Shown here piece by piece: positions 37,959 to 47,032 of a stretch of 64,000 nucleotides of DNA (within the stretch, counting starts at the first letter, position 1; every line of letters begins with the position of its first letter). The notes under the pieces were generated by a model, which ran no database searches, was not told the origin of the DNA, and was given only the letters and a program-made list of their open reading frames with translations. This stretch comes from Patescibacteria group bacterium (GTDB taxonomy: Bacteria > Patescibacteriota > Patescibacteriia > UBA9934). The position numbers and the translations under genes are program-made. Location: NCBI GenBank assembly GCA_041659765.1, contig JBAZXR010000001.1, positions 108,537 to 172,536 of the forward strand, given 5' to 3'.

Positions 37959-38347
37959 TTTCTTTGCGAGCATTTTTCAAAAGTTTCCACCATGCTCTTC
38001 GCGGTCTCGCCGAATTATTTAAGACCGAACAAAGTTTTCGCCTTCAGGTGCTGGCGACAATTATCGTTGGCGGTCTCTTGATTGGGCTTGATCTCGCCGC
38101 TTGGCAAAGAATTCTGCTTATTTTGTTATGTTCCGCCGTCTTGATTCTCGAAATAATCAACAGCATCATCGAACGGGTCGCTGATGCAGTCCAGCCTCGG
38201 TTGAGTCCGATGGTGAAGGATGTTAAGGACATGATGGCGGGCGCAGTTCTTTTGACGGCGCTAACCGCGCTCGTGGTCGGGACGGCGATTTTGTACCTCC
38301 CGGTATGGGAAAAGGTCTGTGCTATAATTCAGTACTGTAAGCCCTAA
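37955..38347 (+). CDS. dgkA: Diacylglycerol/undecaprenol kinase (DgkA family)
   Basis: 130 aa, 3 TM, conserved ExxNSxIERxxD region. Confidence 0.7.
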   Translation: MISLRAFFKSFHHALRGLAELFKTEQSFRLQVLATIIVGGLLIGLDLAAWQRILLILLCSAVLILEIINSIIERVADAVQPRLSPMVKDVKDMMAGAVLLTALTALVVGTAILYLPVWEKVCAIIQYCKP

Positions 38348-38354
38348 ACTTCTC

Positions 38355-39635
38355 TTGATTGCTCCTTTTTTGGCTATGGCCGATGAGATTATCACGGGCT
38401 TGGACATTGGAACCTCCTCCATTCGTATTGCTATTTGCAAGGTTTCGCCAGGGGAAGATGGTAAACCGGCCCTCCATGTGATTGGGGCGGTTTCTTCACC
38501 GTCTGCAGGTATGCATCGCGGAGCAGTCTCCAGTATGGAGGATGCAGTTTCGGCGGTGTCTAAAGCCCTTGAGAAATCTGAACGCATGACAGGAATCGGC
38601 GTGAACACCGTTTGGGCGAGCATTGCCGGGCAGAGCATTTTGGTTCAGGAGAGCCGTGGCGCCGTGGCGGTTGCACGTCCCGAGGGCGAGATTTCTGAGG
38701 GGGATGTGGAGCGATCTATGGAAGCAGCTCGTACAGTAGCTGTTCCTTCGAATTATGAAATTCTCCATGTTATTCCGAAGGGCTTTGCCGTTGATGGGCA
38801 GCGTGGGATCAAGGACCCAGTAGGGATGTCCGGCATTCGGCTAGAGGTCGATGCAGTGATCATCGAGGCGCTCAATTCGCACATGAAGAATCTGACTAAG
38901 TGTGTTTATCGCACGGGTCTTGATATTGAAGATTTGGTCTACGCTCCACTTGCGACCGCGGAAGCCGTGCTTACGCAGCGGCAAAAGGAGCTTGGCGTGT
39001 GCCTGGTGACGGTGGGTTCAGCCACGACGTCTCTGGCTGTGTTTGAGGAGGGCGATCTGTTGCATACCGCTGTGCTTCCGCTCGGCGGTGACCACGTGAC
39101 GAATGATATTGCTATCGGCTTGCGTACCTCCATTGATATTGCTGAGCAGGTTAAGATAGCTTATGGCCACGCCGTGCCAGACGCTGTAGATAAAAAAGAC
39201 CAGTTTATTCTGCGTGACTTTGGAGCTGAGGCTGATGATGAAGTGAAGCGCCGATTTGTCGCAGAAATCATGGAAGCTAGAATGGAGGAGATCTTTGAGG
39301 CGATTGATAATGAACTTAGAAAGATTGATCGTTCGGGAATGCTTCCTGTCGGTGTTGTCTTTACCGGGGGAGCTATGAAGACTCCAGGTGCAATTGAAGT
39401 AGCGAAACGCGTACTCCGGCTGCCGTGCGCTGTAGGCGCTCCGGTCGGCGTTACGAGTGTTATCGACGAGGTTCAGGATCCTGCCTTTGCCACGGCTATC
39501 GGTCTGGCTGCTTGGGGTTTTGGTATCAGGCAGGTTTCGGGCAGTAAGTTTAACTTTGGAAAAATGATCCCGCTCAAGTCAATGGACAAAGTGGCCGACC
39601 AATTGCGAAAGTGGATGAAATCCTTGATTCCTTAG
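38355..39635 (+). CDS. ftsA: Cell division protein FtsA
   Basis: Actin-like ATPase motifs (GLDIGTSSIR, VVFTGGAAM). An alternative start at 38376 is possible. Confidence 0.85.
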   Translation: MIAPFLAMADEIITGLDIGTSSIRIAICKVSPGEDGKPALHVIGAVSSPSAGMHRGAVSSMEDAVSAVSKALEKSERMTGIGVNTVWASIAGQSILVQESRGAVAVARPEGEISEGDVERSMEAARTVAVPSNYEILHVIPKGFAVDGQRGIKDPVGMSGIRLEVDAVIIEALNSHMKNLTKCVYRTGLDIEDLVYAPLATAEAVLTQRQKELGVCLVTVGSATTSLAVFEEGDLLHTAVLPLGGDHVTNDIAIGLRTSIDIAEQVKIAYGHAVPDAVDKKDQFILRDFGAEADDEVKRRFVAEIMEARMEEIFEAIDNELRKIDRSGMLPVGVVFTGGAMKTPGAIEVAKRVLRLPCAVGAPVGVTSVIDEVQDPAFATAIGLAAWGFGIRQVSGSKFNFGKMIPLKSMDKVADQLRKWMKSLIP

Positions 39636-39718
39636 ATGGTGTACTATACGGTAGGGTACGAAACGTACTCATAGAAACAGAGGACTGAACACACTTGGTG
39701 TTCAACATCTACTGCCGT

Positions 39719-41035
39719 ATGGCTGAGTTCAAGCCGGAAATAGAAACCTGTGCAAAAATTAAAGTGGTGGGGGTAGGCGGCGGAGGAGGCTCCGCCATTA
39801 ACCGCATGATCACGGAGAAAATCCGTGGTATTGAGTTTTTGGCAGTAAATACTGACGCCCAGGCGCTTCACGGCAGTTTAGCAAGCACGAAAATTCCGAT
39901 CGGTAAGACGGTCACGAGGGGTCTCGGTGCTGGCATGAACCCGGAGATGGGTCGCCGAGCGGTAGAGGAGAACGCAAATGATATTCGGAACGCCATCACC
40001 GGTGCGGACATGGTTTTCTTGACTGCCGGCCTTGGCGGAGGAACTGGCTCGGGGGCTGTCTCTGAGATCGCCAAAATCGCTAAGGAGATCGGGGCGTTGA
40101 CCGTGGCGGTTGTGACTAAGCCTTTTTCTTTTGAGGGGGCTCAACGTCGAAGAATCGCTGAAGACGCACACCATGAGCTGGCTCAGCATGTAGACACTAT
40201 TATCACCATTCCGAACGACCGAGTTTTACAAATTATCGATAAGAAAACATCTTGGGCTGAATCTTTTAGAATTATTGATGACGTTTTGCGGCAGGGCGTG
40301 CAGGGCATTGCGGAGATGATCACCGTTCCTGGGCAGATCAATGTGGACTTTGCTGACGTAAAAGCCATCATGCAGAACGCGGGCAGCGCCCTCATGGGTA
40401 TCGGCAAGGCGTCTGGCGAGTCCAGAGCTGTTGACGCTGCTAAGCAGGCTATCGCGAGTCCGCTCCTCGAAATCTCGATTGATGGTGCGAAGGGCATTCT
40501 CTTCACTGTCGCAGGCTCATCGGACGTGACTATGTTCGAGGTCCAAGAAGCTGCGAAGATTATTACTGGTTCAGCTGACGACGACGCTAAGGTAATCTTC
40601 GGCATCATCCAGGATGACACCCTCGGCGACGAGGTTCGCATTACTGTTGTGGCCACCGGATTCGATAGTCGGGATCACCGCCGAGCTCCGTCGCTTGGCG
40701 GGGAGATTGGTATTGCGCCGAAGTCCGGCTGGCGCCCGCAGGCAGAACTAGAGCCGGTTAGACGCTATACACCTCCGCCACCGCCATTTAACCCGCCACC
40801 TGAACCAGTCCAGAAGCAAGAAGCACCTGCTTCCCCTTTTGGTCGCCGGCCGGTTTCACAGTTTACCCCATCGGAGCCGTCTCCTGAGCCGTCAGTTTCC
40901 TCATTTAACCCATCTCCAGTTTCTCAGCAGAATAGAGTGACCCCGGCTCAATCTTCGCCTTCCGCCCAAAATTCCCAAAAAGAAGATGATGGAGAGTTTG
41001 GCATCCCGGCTTTTATTCGCAGAAAGATGATGTAG
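39719..41035 (+). CDS. ftsZ: Cell division protein FtsZ
   Basis: Tubulin signature GGGTGSG and T7 loop, with a Pro-rich C-terminal linker and conserved C-terminal peptide (DDGEFGIPAFIRRK). Start at MAEFKPE...; the track start at 39695 is 8 codons upstream. Confidence 0.9.
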   Translation: MAEFKPEIETCAKIKVVGVGGGGGSAINRMITEKIRGIEFLAVNTDAQALHGSLASTKIPIGKTVTRGLGAGMNPEMGRRAVEENANDIRNAITGADMVFLTAGLGGGTGSGAVSEIAKIAKEIGALTVAVVTKPFSFEGAQRRRIAEDAHHELAQHVDTIITIPNDRVLQIIDKKTSWAESFRIIDDVLRQGVQGIAEMITVPGQINVDFADVKAIMQNAGSALMGIGKASGESRAVDAAKQAIASPLLEISIDGAKGILFTVAGSSDVTMFEVQEAAKIITGSADDDAKVIFGIIQDDTLGDEVRITVVATGFDSRDHRRAPSLGGEIGIAPKSGWRPQAELEPVRRYTPPPPPFNPPPEPVQKQEAPASPFGRRPVSQFTPSEPSPEPSVSSFNPSPVSQQNRVTPAQSSPSAQNSQKEDDGEFGIPAFIRRKMM

Positions 41036-41039
41036 CCGT

Positions 41040-41492
41040 ATGCGCTGTCCAGTCTGTAACTTTAAGTCCACCCGCGTCGTTGATTCCCGCTTGTTGTCGG
41101 ATGGACAAGGAGTTCGTCGGCGCCGGGAGTGTGAGAAAGAGAAATGCGGTTTTCGGTTTTCTACAGTAGAAGAAATTGAATTGTTGGATGTAACCGTAGT
41201 GAAGAGGAACGGCAAGCGTGAAGCATACTCGCGCGAGAAGCTGATCAATGGGCTCAAGCAAGCCTTACAGAAGCGCCCTTACACGGATATTCAGCTGCAA
41301 CATTTAGTGCATGCTATTGAGCGTGATATTCAGAAGATTCGCGGGGGGGAGCTGACGAGTACTGAGATCGGCGAGATCGTGATGAAGCGACTTAGGACTT
41401 TCGATAAGGTTGCTTATATTCGTTTTGCTTCAGTCTATAGATCATTTGAAGACGTGGGTGCTTTTGCCAAAGAATTGAAGAACATTTCTTGA
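41040..41492 (+). CDS. nrdR: Transcriptional repressor NrdR
   Basis: N-terminal zinc ribbon (CPVC...C..C) and an ATP-cone. Confidence 0.85.
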   Translation: MRCPVCNFKSTRVVDSRLLSDGQGVRRRRECEKEKCGFRFSTVEEIELLDVTVVKRNGKREAYSREKLINGLKQALQKRPYTDIQLQHLVHAIERDIQKIRGGELTSTEIGEIVMKRLRTFDKVAYIRFASVYRSFEDVGAFAKELKNIS

Positions 41493-41511
41493 GGTATACT
41501 TTGAGGGCTCT

Positions 41512-42918
41512 ATGGAGGATGCCCGAACACGTATTGTATGCACAGTTGGGCCAGCGTCAAACACCCGCGTCATGCTGGCTCGCATGATGAGGGAAGGGAT
41601 GGACGTGGCGCGTTTGAATTTCTCCCACGGAACATATCCTCAGCACGCAGCACTTTTACGTGAGGTGCGTGGAGCGGCCAAGAAGACGGGGAAAACCATT
41701 GCTATTCTCCAGGATCTCCAGGGGCCAAAGATTCGCGTTGGGGACTTGGGCGAAGGGATTCAGCTTCATGCGGGGGAAACGGTGACGTTTTCGGCGGCCA
41801 AGAATGTCAAAGCGGGGAAGGGAATTATTCCGTTGTCGTATGATCGACTCGGTAAGGACGTGAAGGTGGGGGATCGAATCTTGCTCGACGATGGCTATTT
41901 GGAAGTCGAGGTTATTAAATCCGGCGGGATGACGGCGACAGCCGTAGTAAAAGTAGCGGGACTTTTGAAATCTCATAAGGGGGCGAATTTTCCCGATTCA
42001 ACGTTATACGTCAGCTCGTTTACTGAGAAAGATAAGGCAGACCTTTTATTCGGTGTTGAACATGGAGTTGATTATATTTGTTTGTCGTTTGTGACTGGTC
42101 CTGAGGTACTGCACAAAGTGAGAGCCCTTATTTTGAAGACTGCGAGATCGTTCGGCGTTCGTCCGCCACTGTTGATGGCTAAAGTTGAGCGCAAGGCTGC
42201 TTTAGCTAGAATCGACGAAATCATTGACGCGTCTGATGCGATTATGCTCGGTCGAGGCGACCTTGGAGTCGAGATCCCACCGGAAGAAGTGCCAGAAGTG
42301 CAGAAGGACATAGTCGAGCGTTGCCGGTTGTCTGGGAAGCCGATTATTGTCGCTACACAGATGCTCGAGAGTATGCGAGAGGCGCCGAGAGCCACGCGGG
42401 CCGAGGTTTCCGATGTTGCGAATGCTGTTTTCGATCATGCCGACGCCGTCATGCTGTCCGCCGAATCTGCTGCGGGTAAATATCCGGCCGTCACCGTTAA
42501 AGTAATGGCTTCGGTTATTAGAGAAGCGGAGGCATCTCGGTTTGACTCGGTTCACGAAGATGATGCTGACGTGAATTGTTTGCCTTCAGCCATCGCTCAT
42601 ACGTTGTCCATGATGGCGCGGCTGGAGATTATTCGCGCAATCGTTGTCGCATCCTCGCTTGGCCAGGCTGCGGGGGCGCTTTCCATGTTCAGACCAAGAG
42701 CACCGCTTATCATTGTTGTTCCTGACGAGGCTGCGGCTAGGCAGGCAATCCTCCGAGCCGGCGCAGTTCCACTGGTGCTAGACGACCACGGTGGCACGTT
42801 TGTCCCGCGCCTGCACGCCATCCTTCACGCTCGACTCAATCTTCCAAAAGGGAAGTGCGTGGCGTATTTAACGAAGACTGGATACGGCGGGATATCACTG
42901 ACCCTCATTCCTGTTTAG
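41512..42918 (+). CDS. pyk: Pyruvate kinase
   Basis: PK barrel motifs (TRIVCTVGPAS, MLGRGDLGVEIP, MLSAESAAGKYP), 468 aa. Confidence 0.9.
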   Translation: MEDARTRIVCTVGPASNTRVMLARMMREGMDVARLNFSHGTYPQHAALLREVRGAAKKTGKTIAILQDLQGPKIRVGDLGEGIQLHAGETVTFSAAKNVKAGKGIIPLSYDRLGKDVKVGDRILLDDGYLEVEVIKSGGMTATAVVKVAGLLKSHKGANFPDSTLYVSSFTEKDKADLLFGVEHGVDYICLSFVTGPEVLHKVRALILKTARSFGVRPPLLMAKVERKAALARIDEIIDASDAIMLGRGDLGVEIPPEEVPEVQKDIVERCRLSGKPIIVATQMLESMREAPRATRAEVSDVANAVFDHADAVMLSAESAAGKYPAVTVKVMASVIREAEASRFDSVHEDDADVNCLPSAIAHTLSMMARLEIIRAIVVASSLGQAAGALSMFRPRAPLIIVVPDEAAARQAILRAGAVPLVLDDHGGTFVPRLHAILHARLNLPKGKCVAYLTKTGYGGISLTLIPV

Positions 42919-42919
42919 T

Positions 42920-43387
42920 ATGAAGACCGTCTGGCTCATTCCTGGATTTGCGGTGCTCCTCTTGGGCGCCGGTTGCGCGTTGTCAAAATCGCAAACGAAC
43001 CAGGTACCCTCAGAGACAACCCCCATCGCTGAAAAGAAAATGGATGCTCCGGTGTCCGGTGTCCGAGCTCCGGATCCCGGATCCAGGGAATCGGAAGAAG
43101 CTTCTTCCGAGCCTTCTTCCCCTCACATCGTCACCGTTGACGGCGGAGAGTTCTTTTTTGATCCTTCGAGCATTACTGCAAAAACCGGAGAGACGTTGAT
43201 GATCAATTTCGGGACAGTCACTGGTCACCATATTTTCACCATTGACGAACTCAATATCGCTCAGGCTATGACTCCAGGAGGGTCTGTGACGTTTACGGTT
43301 CCCTCCACGCCCGGTCGATACACCTACTATTGCTCAGTCGGACCACATCGCACGCTAGGGATGACGGGAACGTTGATTGTTGAGTAA
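42920..43387 (+). CDS. Cupredoxin (plastocyanin/azurin-like type-1 blue copper) lipoprotein
   Basis: Lipobox LLGAGC and type-1 Cu ligand pattern H...YYCSVGPHRTLGM. Confidence 0.7.
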   Translation: MKTVWLIPGFAVLLLGAGCALSKSQTNQVPSETTPIAEKKMDAPVSGVRAPDPGSRESEEASSEPSSPHIVTVDGGEFFFDPSSITAKTGETLMINFGTVTGHHIFTIDELNIAQAMTPGGSVTFTVPSTPGRYTYYCSVGPHRTLGMTGTLIVE

Positions 43388-43488
43388 CCCGATCTCCGCG
43401 AGTTCCGGGACACCTGTAAGCGCTAATGTTGGCGAGTCTTGCCAATAATTGGCGGTATGTTAAACTACTGCCGTTCGAAAAACAGGTT

Positions 43489-43565
43489 GGGACGGTAGCT
43501 CAATTGGTTAGAGCGCTGCCCTGTCACGGCAGAGGTTGCGGGTTCGATCCCCGTCCGTCCCGCCA
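43489..43565 (+). tRNA. tRNA-Asp (anticodon GUC)
   Basis: GGGACGG/CCGTCCC acceptor, anticodon loop CTGTCAC, T-loop TTCGATC and an encoded CCA. Confidence 0.85.
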
Positions 43566-43567
43566 GA

Positions 43568-43600
43568 AAGTCGCTTCCTTTACGGAGGCGATTTTCATTT
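43568..43600 (+). terminator. Terminator hairpin after tRNA-Asp (tcgcttcc tttac ggaggcga + T-run)
   Basis: 8-bp stem with one mismatch, followed by TTTT. Confidence 0.4.
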
Positions 43601-43609
43601 TCTTCAAAA

Positions 43610-43682
43610 GCAGATGAATATCCTGTTGAGAAAATGTTAGGAGGTAATCCGACTCCATTTTCGAGACAGGAGATTCATCTGC
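43610..43682. repeat. Conserved-loop hairpin element, copy 4 (core GTTAGGAGGTAATCCGACTCC at 43636..43656)
   Basis: Stem gcagatgaatatcctg / acaggagattcatctgc, between tRNA-Asp and the convergent 43736..45175 gene. Confidence 0.85.
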
Positions 43683-43735
43683 TTAAAAAAAGAAGTCGGA
43701 GATCCGCGTGGGGATCTCCGACCGTTACGTTCTGG

Positions 43736-45175
43736 TCACTTGCGGGTGCAGGCCGTTTGGCCTTGAGTAGTGGGGCAGTACACGGTGGCGCCGAGGATGT
43801 TGATTTCCACGAGCTCGCCGCTTTTCTGCTTGCGCATCTCGTCCACGATCGCTTCGGGGGCGAGTTTGGCGCCATGCAGCGTGATCAGACCTTTGCCTGT
43901 GGCGCTGGCCGCTACTCCCTGGCCGCAGATGGTGATTTCCTCCTGCCCGTTGGTGGTGACATCCACGTTTTTGAGCGTGGCTACCACACAGTTCTGACCG
44001 TCGCCGAGCGCATAGCTTGAGATCACCGTGAAGGTGGGTTTAGCTGCGGTCGTTTCAGGCGGCAGTGTCGGGAGGCTGATCTTCGGCGGTTCGGCCGGGG
44101 CCACGGGTGCGGTAGGCACTTGCTCCACGTTGGTCGGCTGAGCTGTGGTGGCTTGAACCTCCGTGGCCGGTTTCTCGGTTAGGCTGATGCCGTAACCAAT
44201 CAACCCGAGCGCTCCGATGACGGCTATCACCCCCAGGCTGATGCCGAGGATTGCGCCGAGGTTACTTACTTCCTTCGACTCCGGGCGGATCAGACGAGTC
44301 GCTGGAGCGACCGGCGTTTCAAGGTCGCTCGCCAGGTCAATCAGGGTAATGTTCTGATCATCCTGTTGCTCTTTGAACCGGTTACGGGTGGTGGGGGAGA
44401 CTTCCTTGTCGTCCAGACCCGGTTCATCTTTGGGGAACTGCCGGTGCGGTTTGACCGGCGCAATGGCCGGGGCAGCCGTCGCTGCTTCCGCCTTGAGCGT
44501 TTCCACCATCTTCGCCGTTTGTTCTTCCAGTTCGGCCTTGGCTTGATCCACCGCCGATCCCAGGGTAGGGGCGGGCATTTGTACGGCCCTTGGCTGGGCT
44601 GGTGCCGGGGTCGGCTCCATCATGGGCGGGGCAATGTCCGGCGGTACCGTGTCCGTTCTGGCTGCCGAGGATTGCACAGACCTGAGCCTCTCCATAAAAT
44701 CCACGAGGTTGTCTCGGGGCTCAATTTTTTTACTGACTGGCTCAGTGGTCGAGATAGGTCCGACCCGTTCCACCATCTCAGCTGGTGAGCGTGCAGCACC
44801 ACCAGAAGGTGGCGACATGACAGCGTCATCCCAGACGACATCTGATGAACCAATGTACTCGGTCGTTACGGGATGTTGACCCGTGTACGGACTTGGACCA
44901 GGGTCGTCATCGTCAGGAATCCTGGTCGGTTTCCGTTCGATGATCTGTTCCGCCTTTTTCTTGAAGTGCTCAAGGCGCTCCAGCTCTTTGGGGCTAAGCT
45001 TGCTCACGAAGATGATGGCCCCCATGAGAATAGTGGCATTCGGGGCGGGCGTACCTTCTTCCCCCGCCTTCCCGGTTACCACGAGCTCCTCAATGAATTC
45101 AAGACAAGCTTCTCGGTCATCGGGGTTGAACCCGTCATCGCTGATGATCGTTTGACCATTGGAATTGCTGGACAT
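43736..45175 (-). CDS. Hypothetical bitopic membrane protein: ~300 aa cytoplasmic N-terminal region with Pro-rich linker, one TM helix, ~150 aa extracellular Cys-containing C-terminal domain
   Basis: 479 aa with a single strong hydrophobic helix (LGAILGISLGVIAVIGALGLIGYGI). Its own promoter is at 45246..45275. Confidence 0.55.
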   Translation of the reverse strand: MSSNSNGQTIISDDGFNPDDREACLEFIEELVVTGKAGEEGTPAPNATILMGAIIFVSKLSPKELERLEHFKKKAEQIIERKPTRIPDDDDPGPSPYTGQHPVTTEYIGSSDVVWDDAVMSPPSGGAARSPAEMVERVGPISTTEPVSKKIEPRDNLVDFMERLRSVQSSAARTDTVPPDIAPPMMEPTPAPAQPRAVQMPAPTLGSAVDQAKAELEEQTAKMVETLKAEAATAAPAIAPVKPHRQFPKDEPGLDDKEVSPTTRNRFKEQQDDQNITLIDLASDLETPVAPATRLIRPESKEVSNLGAILGISLGVIAVIGALGLIGYGISLTEKPATEVQATTAQPTNVEQVPTAPVAPAEPPKISLPTLPPETTAAKPTFTVISSYALGDGQNCVVATLKNVDVTTNGQEEITICGQGVAASATGKGLITLHGAKLAPEAIVDEMRKQKSGELVEINILGATVYCPTTQGQTACTRK

Positions 45176-45245
45176 GGTCCACCTCAGAGTGAAAAAGGAC
45201 GCAAGTCGCGCCCAAATGGTTATTGGGCAGTTGACTTGACCGCCA

Positions 45246-45275
45246 ATATTAGCAACAAAAAAGTGATTTTGTCAA
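45246..45275 (-). promoter_or_regulatory. Promoter for the 45175 gene (minus strand: TTGACA - 18 nt - TAATAT), related to the shared promoter consensus
   Basis: Reverse complement reads ATTGACAAAATCACTTTTTTGTTGCTAATAT. Confidence 0.55.
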
Positions 45276-45277
45276 TC

Positions 45278-45303
45278 AAAAAGTCCCCAATCGGGGACTT
45301 TTT
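45278..45303. terminator. Bidirectional terminator downstream of rplT (A5 gtcccc aatc ggggac T5)
   Basis: Perfect 6-bp GC stem with an A-run and a T-run. Confidence 0.7.
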
Positions 45304-45310
45304 GCTGATC

Positions 45311-45658
45311 TTAGCTTTTTACTGAAGAAACTACTTTCGAGAAGATGGCTGGATGGTTTTCTGCCAGATCGGCCAGTACCTTGCGGTCCAAACCTACGTT
45401 TGCCTTCTTGAGCATATCAATGAAGCGGGAGTAGGAAAGACCAAATTCACGAACCGCGGCATTGATCTTCAGGTTCCAGAGGCCACGGAAAGTGCGCTTC
45501 TTGGCCCGGCGATCGCGGAAAGCGTAGACACCAGCTTTCAGCATGGCTGGGCGAGCGAGACGGATCTTGCTCTTACGTCCCCACTTGTAGCCCTTAACGC
45601 GCTTCAAGAGTGACTTTCTGCGCTTTACATGTTGTGTACCTCGTTTGACTCTTGGCAT
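45311..45658 (-). CDS. rplT: 50S ribosomal protein L20
   Basis: MPRVKRGxxxxKRRKxxLKxxKGY N-terminus. Confidence 0.9.
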   Translation of the reverse strand: MPRVKRGTQHVKRRKSLLKRVKGYKWGRKSKIRLARPAMLKAGVYAFRDRRAKKRTFRGLWNLKINAAVREFGLSYSRFIDMLKKANVGLDRKVLADLAENHPAIFSKVVSSVKS

Positions 45659-45661
45659 AGA

Positions 45662-45859
45662 TTAAAGGCTATAAGGGAGAGAAGTCTTGATTATTCCCCG
45701 GAGGGCTTTTGACACGGAGACATCCGTGCGCTTGGCGCGGGTGGTATCTCCGCTTTCGCGAGAGTTAAAGTGGCCTTGGCCGGCTTTTCGCTTAATGATT
45801 TTGCCGGTGCGCGTGATGGTGATGCGCTTGGCCATTGCTTTGTGCGTTTTCATTGCCAT
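45662..45859 (-). CDS. rpmI: 50S ribosomal protein L35
   Basis: MAMKTHKAMAKRI matches the L35 N-terminus. The track ORF extends to a TTG at 45874. Confidence 0.8.
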   Translation of the reverse strand: MAMKTHKAMAKRITITRTGKIIKRKAGQGHFNSRESGDTTRAKRTDVSVSKALRGIIKTSLPYSL

Positions 45860-45914
45860 ATGGGGGTCAAACAATAGTGGGCGGAGTGTACGTTAGAGGC
45901 AAACTTCGGTCAAG

Positions 45915-46472
45915 TTAGCTTTCCCGAGCCAGGATCATACTCATGCGGCCTTCCTGGTTTTTGATTGGCTGTTCAACTTTTACAGGGTAATGCACCTTGA
46001 GCTTAGCTAGGAAAGAATCAAAGACGGCACGGGCCACGTCCATGTGGGCGCGTTCGCGTCCGCGGAGGATCATTTCGGCCTTAATCTTATCTCCCTGTTC
46101 AAAGAATTTCTTGGCTTGCTCAACGCGGATATCCAGGTCTCCTACGCCAATACGTGGCGTCAAACGGATACCCTTAATTTCAACTTCCTTGCTCTGAGCG
46201 CGCTGTTTTCTGGCTTCCTTCTCCTTTTGATATTTGAACTGGCTGTAATCGCCAAATCGGCAGACCGGCGGTTCGGCCTTAGGTGAAACCTCAATCAAAT
46301 CAAGTCCGCGTTCTTTGGCTTGAGAAACGGCATCTTTAGTGCTCATCACGCCGAGTGACTTGTCTTCCTCGTCAATCACTCTGACCTCTTCCGCTAAAAT
46401 AGCCGCATTGGCGCGGTACTCAACAACGGAGAACTTTGGCTTTTGAAAACGTCGGTGTCTATGAATGCGCAT
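45915..46472 (-). CDS. infC: Translation initiation factor IF-3
   Basis: IF3 N- and C-domain patterns (EVRVIDEEDKSLGV, VSPKAEPPVCRFGDY, GRMSMILA). The true start may be a downstream non-ATG codon. Confidence 0.85.
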   Translation of the reverse strand: MRIHRHRRFQKPKFSVVEYRANAAILAEEVRVIDEEDKSLGVMSTKDAVSQAKERGLDLIEVSPKAEPPVCRFGDYSQFKYQKEKEARKQRAQSKEVEIKGIRLTPRIGVGDLDIRVEQAKKFFEQGDKIKAEMILRGRERAHMDVARAVFDSFLAKLKVHYPVKVEQPIKNQEGRMSMILARES

Positions 46473-46530
46473 GGCCGTGGGGTTAATTGGTCGAAAGTAT
46501 AGGTAAGGAATGTGTTTTTGTCGAGCTGGA

Positions 46531-46589
46531 GGATATGTTCGAAAAATTTGTTAGGAGGTAATCCGACTCCAAATTTTTTGGACATATCC
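46531..46589. repeat. Conserved-loop hairpin element, copy 5 (core 46550..46570, rc orientation)
   Basis: Stem ggatatgttcgaaaaatttg / caaattttttggacatatcc, located between ssrA and infC. Confidence 0.85.
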
Positions 46590-46603
46590 GTAAGCTCTAA
46601 CAA

Positions 46604-46632
46604 TTGGTGGACCACGTCGTTCGCGAACGACG
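46604..46632 (-). terminator. Palindromic terminator hairpin (ccacgtcgttcg cgaacgacgtgg) immediately 3' of tmRNA
   Basis: 12-bp perfect palindrome abutting the CCA end of ssrA on the minus strand. Confidence 0.55.
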
Positions 46633-47027
46633 TGGTGGACCTGGCGGGAGTTGAACCCGCGTCCGAAAGTGATTAGAGAATGACTTGTTACATGCTTTGC
46701 CCGGCTGGGTAATGAAATCGCTCGAGCCGAGCAAAAGACGATTTCATATGTCTCTGAACCGTAATCGCAGTGAAGGCAGAGACGCCCTATACTGCACAGT
46801 CAGTCTTTATAGCACCCGGACTCTTCCCGATTGACATGGAAGGCGGATGTGGCAAGGGCGCTTAGGCCGTGGCCATGGAAAGTGATGGGGCAAATGCGAA
46901 ACGCATTGCTTCCTTCACCTTAGAGAATACATTGGCGTGTATGTCGTTGTACCAGGTGATACGGAGTCCGGTACCTCTCCTGCATGATCATTTCCCCTCA
47001 CAGCTTTCGTCGAAGCCTGGCAGGCCC
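46633..47027 (-). ncRNA. ssrA: tmRNA (SsrA), ~395 nt
   Basis: Reverse complement begins GGGCCUGCCAGGCUUCGACG and ends GGACGCGGGUUCAACUCCCGCCAGGUCCACCA. The acceptor stem GGGCCUG/CAGGUCC includes the G3-U70 wobble, with T-arm GCGGG-UUCAACU-CCCGC. An internal ORF ends ...SLSMATA-UAA. It lies directly downstream of smpB. Confidence 0.85.
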
Positions 47028-47032
47028 AGCAT

